Of a stretch of 64,000 nt of DNA, positions 45,729-53,492 are shown one piece after another; the first letter of the stretch is position 1, and every line of letters starts with the position of its first letter. The notes beneath the pieces were generated by a model. That model did no database searches, was not told where the DNA came from, and saw only the letters and a list, made by a program, of their open reading frames with translations. The position numbers and the translations under genes were made by a program. Source of the DNA: an uncultured Candidatus Saccharibacteria bacterium (GTDB lineage: Bacteria; Patescibacteriota; Saccharimonadia; Saccharimonadales; Saccharimonadaceae); NCBI GenBank assembly GCA_964615445.1, contig CAZTOK010000004.1, positions 7,436 to 71,435 on the forward strand, read 5' to 3'.

Positions 45729-47645
45729 TTATACCCCTAATCCGTTAGGATTTGGAGGTGTGCTCTGCGGATAAACACTGCTAGCATCGTATCCCTGTGT
45801 GGGTTGTTGTACTTGTGGTTGAGGCGCTGCTTGGGTATCGCCTGGGTTTGTTGTAATAAGACGTGTTTCGGTGTCGCTCCCAACAATTTGAATATGTACA
45901 TGATTTTGTCCTGCAAAGAAAAGCCCCTGCCCTACCGGGAAGTTAGCGAGACGTTTTCGCTCCTCTTCTGTTAGTTTAAAGACATCGGAAAGTACATCAA
46001 CAGCGCTAGCCGACTGTTTAAGGAGAAGCTGCATAGATGAGTTGGCTACGATGGCGCGGCCCATTTTGCTGCCCATAAAGTCTTCAACATCCTGTGTAAT
46101 AGTAGTAAGACCCAGGTAATATTTACGAGCGCGTTTTGCAAGACTAAAGAGGAAGTTAGCAGAATCGTCATACTTCATTAATTGCCAAGCCTCATCCACA
46201 ATAAGCATGCGTTTTCGCTGGTCGGTACGTGTAATGTTCCAAATGTGACTAAGCACGATATACATGGCAACTGGCCGAAGCTCATCCTCAAGGTCGCGAA
46301 TATTAAAGACGACCATGTGGTTATTAATGTCAATATTTGACTGCTGACTAAAAATACCTGCAAATGTACCACTAGTATATTTGCGAAGGCGCTGGGCCAA
46401 ACTTGGGCCAGTGCCACCCATATGGAGGAGTGTGTCGTATAGGTCGGCGATAGTTGGAGGTGTTGAGTTGTGCGTTAATGGATCGCTGGTAATTCCCGCT
46501 CGCGCATAGGTGTCAATCAAGCCTTGGTCAAGGTCGGCCTCTTCCGCCGGCGTGAGCGCAGACATCATTTGACCTGCTGCTGTTGTTTGGCTTCCACCAA
46601 GCATTAAGCGTAACAATCCGTGAAGTGTCACCAAGTTGGCTCGTAAGGCGTCGTCTGCCTCGTCGCTATCGATAACACGAGGTAAGTCAAAAGGATTAAC
46701 ACGTGTGTCGGCGTTAAGGCTAAGACGAATATAACTTCCGCCTACGGCGTCGCACAATTTTTGATACTCATTCTCAGGGTCAATAATAAGTACATCCGAA
46801 CCTACCATCATACTTCGTAGTGCCTCAAGCTTCACAGTAAATGACTTACCAGCACCAGATTTTGCGAAGACGACCATATTGGCATTTTCCAGGCTAAAAC
46901 GGTCAAAAATAACCAAGCCGTTATTATGCATATTTATGCCATAAAGCACGCCTTTTTCCTGCGTAAGGTCAGCACTTGTAAATGGAAAGCTGGTACTGAT
47001 GGCACCCGTATTCATATTACGGCGAATTTGGAGTTGGTCGGTCATTTGTGGAAGTGTGCTGTTGAGCCCTTGTTCCTGTTGGCTACTGGCTACCTTGCTA
47101 AAGATAAGCTGTTGGCCAAAAAGTGTCTCGATTTTATGTTGGACAAAGCTCAATTCATCCATACTGTCAGCGTATAGGGTTACATAAAGGCCAAAGCGAA
47201 AGAAACGTTCTGAGCCAACTTGAAGTTGATCTCGCAGTTCCTCGGCATCTTGCAAGGATGCCTCAAGTCCAGGGTCGCGCGTACGACCCTTCTCGCTATT
47301 AATCGACATCGTTGCTTCGAGCTGTGTCACCTTTTTGCGAAGATTGTTTAACACCACCTGGCTCTCAACCGGATAAACAAATATACTAATATCGAGCACC
47401 TCATCGATATTTATAAGAGAACTTAGCCAGCCGGTATAAATTTGGCGTGGATAGCCATAAATATATAATGTTCTGCCATATTTAGTGCCAAGGCGAAAGT
47501 GGCTCGAGTGGATTTCGAGACTGCTTGGCGCGATCAAGTCGCGTAGCGTGGTCATGCCCGTTAAAAAGGCTTGTTCAACCTCGGCTTGTTCGCGAGCTCG
47601 CTGCTGTGCGGCAATATCAATGGGATCTAACTTTTTCTTGGCCAT
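45729..47645 (-). CDS. virB4: VirB4/TrsE/PrgJ-like T4SS ATPase
   Basis: Walker A VVFAKSGAGKSFT and Walker B RMLIVDEAWQLM. The N-domain pattern is YGRTLYIYGYPRQIYTGWLSSL...LDISIFVYP, with the later block YYLGLTTITQDVEDF. Confidence 0.9.
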   Translation of the reverse strand: MAKKKLDPIDIAAQQRAREQAEVEQAFLTGMTTLRDLIAPSSLEIHSSHFRLGTKYGRTLYIYGYPRQIYTGWLSSLINIDEVLDISIFVYPVESQVVLNNLRKKVTQLEATMSINSEKGRTRDPGLEASLQDAEELRDQLQVGSERFFRFGLYVTLYADSMDELSFVQHKIETLFGQQLIFSKVASSQQEQGLNSTLPQMTDQLQIRRNMNTGAISTSFPFTSADLTQEKGVLYGINMHNNGLVIFDRFSLENANMVVFAKSGAGKSFTVKLEALRSMMVGSDVLIIDPENEYQKLCDAVGGSYIRLSLNADTRVNPFDLPRVIDSDEADDALRANLVTLHGLLRLMLGGSQTTAAGQMMSALTPAEEADLDQGLIDTYARAGITSDPLTHNSTPPTIADLYDTLLHMGGTGPSLAQRLRKYTSGTFAGIFSQQSNIDINNHMVVFNIRDLEDELRPVAMYIVLSHIWNITRTDQRKRMLIVDEAWQLMKYDDSANFLFSLAKRARKYYLGLTTITQDVEDFMGSKMGRAIVANSSMQLLLKQSASAVDVLSDVFKLTEEERKRLANFPVGQGLFFAGQNHVHIQIVGSDTETRLITTNPGDTQAAPQPQVQQPTQGYDASSVYPQSTPPNPNGLGV

Positions 47646-48481
47646 TACATGCCTCCCTCTTGCAAATGTGGTCGTGGCGCTTCACCAGAACCTTTTTTCA
47701 CATAAGTTGAGGTAATTTGTTCAAAATTGCCAAGCGGTTCACGCACTGCCGTATCAGGGTTGTACATATTGTAAAAAAGTTCGCCTAGTTCTTTTGTATT
47801 CAACTGTACGCTCTTAACGCCAATCTGAAACAAGCCATTATTAACAGAGTCAACGCGGTTTTTAATCTCATCACGCGCTTTCTCGTATGATACTTTGTCA
47901 ATTTTTGTAGGGCCACTTTGTTGTTTTTGTAGCAATCTACTAAAAATACTTTTACTTTGTTCAATGACGTTTGTTAAATCGCCGGTTGGGAAATATGGAA
48001 CAATGACAAAGAAGCTCTTATCCATAATATTGGCTTCTTGCGACAGTACGTCGATAAAGTTAATGTAGTCATCCATAAGTACCCCAAGTAGCATGTTGTC
48101 TTGAGACTTGCGAATAGTAGAAAGTCTGTCAATGTATGGGCCAATGTCAACTCGTTGCGATCGGATAAATATTTGCACTGGAAAATAAAGGGCATTCAAG
48201 AAGTTTTGGTAGCTAAATTCAACCCCTTCTCGTTCGCGTGAGCTCATAAGGTCGAAATTGATAGATTTACAAGCAATGACCGCGCGAAAACTACCATCAT
48301 TCATAATGGCCATACTATCGCGGATTTCAGAGATAAGCAAACTATTCTGCGTTGTGTTCTGCGCAGTTTTTGTCTGAGGTGTACTACTCGCAGTCGGAGA
48401 CGATTGAGGTTGCTGCGCTGTAGTGCCACTTCCAATTGCACCAGTTGGCGCCGCTTGTGGTTGTTGATTATTTGGAGGCAC
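47645..48481 (-). CDS. T4SS-associated protein with a Q/P/T-rich N-terminus and a VirB4-N-domain-like C-terminal region
   Basis: LISEIRDSMAIMNDGSFRAVIACKSINFDLMSSREREGVEFSYQNFLNALYFPVQIFIRSQ resembles the start of Gram-positive VirB4 N-domains. Its stop overlaps the virB4 start (TAATG). Confidence 0.5.
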   Translation of the reverse strand: MPPNNQQPQAAPTGAIGSGTTAQQPQSSPTASSTPQTKTAQNTTQNSLLISEIRDSMAIMNDGSFRAVIACKSINFDLMSSREREGVEFSYQNFLNALYFPVQIFIRSQRVDIGPYIDRLSTIRKSQDNMLLGVLMDDYINFIDVLSQEANIMDKSFFVIVPYFPTGDLTNVIEQSKSIFSRLLQKQQSGPTKIDKVSYEKARDEIKNRVDSVNNGLFQIGVKSVQLNTKELGELFYNMYNPDTAVREPLGNFEQITSTYVKKGSGEAPRPHLQEGGM

Positions 48482-48512
48482 GTTCCCACTCTTCCTTGTC
48501 TGTATTATCGCA

Positions 48513-49478
48513 TTATCGAAGCGAAATCACAACTTCATCTTCCGGAAGAGTCTCCTCTTTTTGATGAATGCGGTTTGCTTCGTGAGCAATTGTCTCGATG
48601 GATAAATCAGGATTATTTGCAAGATTTATTATATCAGGAGAGACAGGTTTCTCGCTAGTGTCTGGCGTCGTATTAGGCGTTGGAGGCGGAGTATATTGTT
48701 GTTGCACTGGTGCGGCGGCTTGCTCCTCTAGGGGCTGAATAACTGTTTGATGGATTGCGTTTGGATAAGGGTTAAAAGTAACGTGCGGGTCAGGAGTAGT
48801 TGGCTGTGAAGTTGGGACTGGTGCAGTAAGTGATGCATAGGGGTCGGGCACGGCAAGAGGCGCTGGAGTGAGTTGCATAGGAGTAGCGGGTGTCTGGCGC
48901 ATACGCGTCATCATCTCTTCGCGACGCCTCGCATCCGCCTGGTCGATCATAGAATTAAACGACTGTGCGACGCCACTATTCGTATCGAGCACGTCCTCTG
49001 TTTGCTGTGCCTCGTAGTAAGCATCGCTTTGCATGGCACTATTTGGTTGCGCGACACCACGGACTGCCCATCCTCCTGTGTCAACAATGTCTGCAAGATA
49101 TGATAATCGCTGTTGCGCTTCCGTTTCAGAGAGGTTTTTAGAGCGTTGCACCTCTATTATTTTTGGCGCAGTAATTTCAATCAACGATTGAATACCATCG
49201 GGATGCCATAGGCGTTTACGCGGTTTTAAATAAAATGACACCACAGCAGCAAGATAAATCTCCATAGGCTGGTCTTTACGGAGTGGCAACGCTAACGCAC
49301 CAAAAAAGACGATGATTGGAATGGGAATAACCGCGAGCGGTAGAAAAAGCTGGCTTAAGCCCCACCCAAGTGCAATGCCAATAATGGCAATGATGAGATA
49401 GATAAACTGTCTAAAACTAAACGGCCCGATAAGCTTATCGTCCGCTTCAACGTCTTGAGGAACTTTGTAAACTGCCAT
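48513..49478 (-). CDS. PrgI-family (VirB3-like) membrane protein with a long P/T/Q-rich C-terminal tail
   Basis: MAVYKVPQDVEADDKLIGPFSFRQFIYLIIAIIGIALGWGL followed by a second TM matches the PrgI-family N-terminal signature. The last ~150 aa are low-complexity. Confidence 0.7.
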   Translation of the reverse strand: MAVYKVPQDVEADDKLIGPFSFRQFIYLIIAIIGIALGWGLSQLFLPLAVIPIPIIVFFGALALPLRKDQPMEIYLAAVVSFYLKPRKRLWHPDGIQSLIEITAPKIIEVQRSKNLSETEAQQRLSYLADIVDTGGWAVRGVAQPNSAMQSDAYYEAQQTEDVLDTNSGVAQSFNSMIDQADARRREEMMTRMRQTPATPMQLTPAPLAVPDPYASLTAPVPTSQPTTPDPHVTFNPYPNAIHQTVIQPLEEQAAAPVQQQYTPPPTPNTTPDTSEKPVSPDIINLANNPDLSIETIAHEANRIHQKEETLPEDEVVISLR

Positions 49479-49514
49479 TACATACCATTATATCTGAAGA
49501 GTATCGTTTTTATG

Positions 49515-52385
49515 CTAAAGTGCAATTCTATCAATGATCGCTTTTCCGGCTGGATCAAGCTTGCGGTAAAGTTGCGCGTCTCCTTGGACCTTTCGTGCTT
49601 GAGCTTTAGTAATACCCCCAGCCCTTTCTGCTTCTGCAAGTGAATGAGTTTTTTGTTGAACAAGGTCTTCGTCAGACATAGTCCAGGTAGTTGCGTTTCC
49701 TGAAACCGCAGCCATACTTGTACCGGCAGCTGTAGTGGCATGTTTAGTGAGGTCGGCAGCCGTATTCTTAATAGCCGCATGGTTTGTAAGCATATTCCTC
49801 TTAAGATCTGTCATAGTATCACTAGCCATGTCTGCTGCACTTGTACGATTCATTGCATCGCGGTACTCTTTCGTACCAGCACTTCCACTTGTTAGTAACA
49901 TATTTTGCATTGCTCTGGCGGTAATGCTATCTCCGTCTCTAATTGCGTCAGATAATCGGCGTCCCATGTCTGCTGTATCACCCGGAGCAATGTTAGCCGT
50001 TAACTGAACGTCTCGTATGGCGTCGGCTATTGCTTTTTCTTGTTGTGCAGCTAAAGCTTTTTGCACTTCGGGGTCCGAGGCGGCCCTTCCCATGCCCTGA
50101 CTAATTAATCCTGGATTGTTAGCGATTGAGTTAACCAGCTGATTGTTAAGTGCGCTATTAACAGCATTGGCCTGCGCTTGATTTTGGGCGTTTTGCTGAA
50201 CATACTGGTTTGCTTTTCTGTCTGTCACACCAAACTGTGCCTGACTCGACTTCACTGCACTCGAAGCCGCTTGATCGCGCAACTCTCGGCGATAACTACG
50301 TTTAAATTGGCCTCCTCCAAACGTAGGTCTTCCCGCTAACGCGTTAGCCGAACGTGTATTTTGTCGATATTCACGGTATTTGCCTGCACGTTTTCGCATA
50401 GCGTCGACAGGTCCACGATTTGGATTATTAACATAGGCTCCTACCTTGCCAAGCACACCTTTAGTGGTATTGATAATAGTTGGGACAAGAACAAGGGGTA
50501 TAACAGAGGCGCCGGCACCAATCACCTGAACAGCTGTATTATCACTGGATGCCATAATAATTTTTGATGCTAATGCTGAAGCGCCAAAAATCAATCCCAC
50601 AGTAGGATACACAAGCAAGAGTGTCTCAAAAAGTTCACGCCATCGTTTAAAGAGGGACTCGGTATTTGGAAGAAGATATGCGACAAATGCTAGTGGCGAA
50701 ATAACGACCAAAAGGATAATAAGTGCTTGTCGGATCGTTAAAACAATAAAGACGGTCACAATAGTAACAAGAACAGTTATGAGCGTGGGTATAAGCGCGG
50801 AAAGTCCAACGTATAATGCTGCTATTCCCAATGCTCCCACAACAAGCAGTTTGCCGGCGAGACCAACGAATCCATCTCCGGTTGCACCAACGGCATTTAC
50901 ATTAAAGATCTTCACGTTGCCCATAGCGTTTTGAAGCACTTGATCAATGGAGGCGCCAAGAATGTTCGATAAGTCTACGCAGATTGAACATATCCAATAG
51001 GAAAGGTTAACCAGGATAGCCCCCAAGATAAGCCTTGGTAACATTTTTTTAATGCCATAATTGGTAACGCCAATGCTTGTCACCTGCGAAAATATAATAA
51101 TAAGGAAGGCGATAACGAAGGCGACGTTTGCAATATTACGAGCAACCGACCATACATTGTACATACTTCCGCCCGTATCGGTGGTAGTTAATGGCTGAAC
51201 CTTAAGTAGGTCTGATACGAGCCCGTATGCCGAGTCGGTAATATGAGCCATAAAAGTAACAATTGGGCATATAATCCACCCAAGGCCTGGGATGGAGCAA
51301 GTGGTGACATCTTTTGTATTATCAGTAGTTGACTGCGGTGGACTAGACGAACTCATGTCACCAGTGGCAATAGTTGCTCCGTATTTACAAGCGTTATACT
51401 CAGGATTGTTAGGATCATTACGGTTGCTAGCATCTTTATACGTTACAGAACAATAATTCGGGTCATCTTTATGCTTATATCCATTATCGCAAGCGGTTTG
51501 CTCGGCAACAGTAGCGTGAGCATACTTATCAAGACATGTTCCTGGTTCGCCGTAACCGGGTCGGATAGCGTCTGCGTACGCCTGAGCGTAAGAGTTCGCC
51601 TTGTTGGTAAGATCTAGACAAGTTGGATTTTCATATTCACTCGGACTACCGCCAGTTGCATCTGTTGAAATCTGGCGGTCATGGTCGAGTTGTCCATGGT
51701 AAATATATGGGGTTGGAGTATAGTTTTCTATCTGGTCGAGCGTATAACCAAGAGAGTTATTAGCCTCTAGCTTTTGCGAGCTTGAAGCATCACTTAGTTT
51801 AACAACTGACGTTGCCTGACAGCCGATGATAAATGTCTGACTATAGAGGTAGTAGCGCTCAGCATCATTTAGTAGCGGTTCACTGTGATTTTTTAGTAGC
51901 GCACCCTTCATATTTGCTTCCATGGCGCTGCCACCTATGTTACCGCCGTTAGCCGAACCAGCTTGAAGGTGTCCATCGCCTGGACACGCTCCGCCGTCGG
52001 TGGTTGTCCATTTAGCAGCACAAAGTAAATCAAATGGGTCGCTATAACCAAAGTTACTGGCAACGCCACTTACCCAGTTACTATCCTGACAACTTACCTG
52101 ACCGTCGCTTGAAGAGATAATATGGCCAACATGAACCTGATCACCTCCAAAAATATCCCATCGTTTAATATTGTCTGAGCTAAGCTGATAGCTCGGTGTA
52201 GTAGCACATGAAAGAAATGCATGATAATTAAGGTAGATCTTAACGTTGCTTGCTATCTGGTCTTGCGTTTCGGCATGAGCCTCCTGAGAGGCTGGCCCTA
52301 CAAGTCCAATCAAGGTCGACAAGACAACGACAGCAAGGAGGATGTAGCTTTTAGTGTGTTTCTTTAGTGTGTTAAACATTAACAT
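49515..52385 (-). CDS. Giant VirB6/TrbL-like polytopic protein: Cys-rich ectodomain, ~7 TM core and a ~320-aa hydrophilic tail (paralogue A)
   Basis: Signal/TM (YILLAVVVLSTLIGLV) and about 20 Cys in the first 370 aa. The TM core shares long identical runs with 53493-56156 (GLGWIICP, KKMLPRL, VISPLAFVAYLLPNTE). The VirB6 assignment rests on architecture and context. Confidence 0.6.
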   Translation of the reverse strand: MLMFNTLKKHTKSYILLAVVVLSTLIGLVGPASQEAHAETQDQIASNVKIYLNYHAFLSCATTPSYQLSSDNIKRWDIFGGDQVHVGHIISSSDGQVSCQDSNWVSGVASNFGYSDPFDLLCAAKWTTTDGGACPGDGHLQAGSANGGNIGGSAMEANMKGALLKNHSEPLLNDAERYYLYSQTFIIGCQATSVVKLSDASSSQKLEANNSLGYTLDQIENYTPTPYIYHGQLDHDRQISTDATGGSPSEYENPTCLDLTNKANSYAQAYADAIRPGYGEPGTCLDKYAHATVAEQTACDNGYKHKDDPNYCSVTYKDASNRNDPNNPEYNACKYGATIATGDMSSSSPPQSTTDNTKDVTTCSIPGLGWIICPIVTFMAHITDSAYGLVSDLLKVQPLTTTDTGGSMYNVWSVARNIANVAFVIAFLIIIFSQVTSIGVTNYGIKKMLPRLILGAILVNLSYWICSICVDLSNILGASIDQVLQNAMGNVKIFNVNAVGATGDGFVGLAGKLLVVGALGIAALYVGLSALIPTLITVLVTIVTVFIVLTIRQALIILLVVISPLAFVAYLLPNTESLFKRWRELFETLLLVYPTVGLIFGASALASKIIMASSDNTAVQVIGAGASVIPLVLVPTIINTTKGVLGKVGAYVNNPNRGPVDAMRKRAGKYREYRQNTRSANALAGRPTFGGGQFKRSYRRELRDQAASSAVKSSQAQFGVTDRKANQYVQQNAQNQAQANAVNSALNNQLVNSIANNPGLISQGMGRAASDPEVQKALAAQQEKAIADAIRDVQLTANIAPGDTADMGRRLSDAIRDGDSITARAMQNMLLTSGSAGTKEYRDAMNRTSAADMASDTMTDLKRNMLTNHAAIKNTAADLTKHATTAAGTSMAAVSGNATTWTMSDEDLVQQKTHSLAEAERAGGITKAQARKVQGDAQLYRKLDPAGKAIIDRIAL

Positions 52386-52438
52386 AAGCCTTTAGCTTAT
52401 ATAGTAAACTAAAGGCTTATGTTTTAGCAATATTGCAA

Positions 52439-53362
52439 TTAACTATCTATTTTTGTAGCTTGCCAGCCAGTAAGGTCGTATTTATTGGCATTGTTTGGCT
52501 TTTGGATACCATAAGTTACCTTTAATTGAGTAAGTGTTCCGGGTAGTTGCTCACCGTCTTTATTAACGAAAGCATGTGTGATAGTAGCGGTATCTACAAG
52601 CCCATCGCTAAGTTCGCCAAGATGTGCGATACCAGGTTGAAGTACTTCGTAAACGCTTTTAGTTTGGTGTGTTATATTATACTGACGATTCTGACGAGCT
52701 ACTGCCAAAATTTCAGGCTGCTTTCCTTCAGCGGAAATTGCCTGTGAAAATGCCGCTTCGAACGCATCCTCGGCAGCCTGATTACGCACAGGCTTATTAA
52801 AAGCTATCGCACCATTTGCAGGATCTTCATATGCTTGAATGCTATCGAGAACTAAATGAGTAAAGCCATCTTTGTAGTCAGGTTTGTCATGAGCGGTTAC
52901 CTCGAACATTTTTGCGCAACTATCAATACCGTTGCATTCGGCAGCGCCAATCTGCATCTCAACCGTTTGCGGGTTAATCTGTATGTTTGGATTCGTTTGC
53001 ATCGTCTCGGTGGTTGAAGTGGCGGTCGTAGTGGTAGGTGCCGCTTCAGCGGAGCTAGTGGCTACGGGACCAGAAGCGCCAGAACTTTCCGACTGACTCA
53101 GACCAATAGCGGTACCAAGTCCGCTTGCAAGTAGGATGCCACCGATCGCAATAGCTATCCTTGTTCTAAGTTTCTTCTTAGCTTCTCTCTCTTTAGTTGT
53201 GGTAGTTGGTGTTTCTAAAGGAAGTTGTGCGTACCCACCTTCTCTAGGGGGAACTTCTTGTTTGGGAATTTGAAAGGCGGTTTCGTTACTTTCGGAGCCG
53301 GGCACAATACCCTCCCCCGTACGCTGTACGTCTTGTCTTCCTGGGTAGGTGTCGTGACTCAT
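52439..53362 (-). CDS. Bitopic membrane protein (VirB8/TcpC-like topology) between the two VirB6-like genes
   Basis: Cytoplasmic N-terminus, a TM (IAIAIGGILLASGLGTAIGL), a T/S/A-rich linker and a ~190-aa ectodomain. No motif recognised. Confidence 0.5.
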   Translation of the reverse strand: MSHDTYPGRQDVQRTGEGIVPGSESNETAFQIPKQEVPPREGGYAQLPLETPTTTTKEREAKKKLRTRIAIAIGGILLASGLGTAIGLSQSESSGASGPVATSSAEAAPTTTTATSTTETMQTNPNIQINPQTVEMQIGAAECNGIDSCAKMFEVTAHDKPDYKDGFTHLVLDSIQAYEDPANGAIAFNKPVRNQAAEDAFEAAFSQAISAEGKQPEILAVARQNRQYNITHQTKSVYEVLQPGIAHLGELSDGLVDTATITHAFVNKDGEQLPGTLTQLKVTYGIQKPNNANKYDLTGWQATKIDS

Positions 53363-53492
53363 AATTCTGGCTCCTTGTGCTTACACGGGCACATAAAACT
53401 CTTATTGTCTTTTTAATTATATATTAAATATAGGAAAAAGCAAGGGGTCTCATATTTTTTTCTCACGCTACATATGGTGTGCGTAGAAATGA

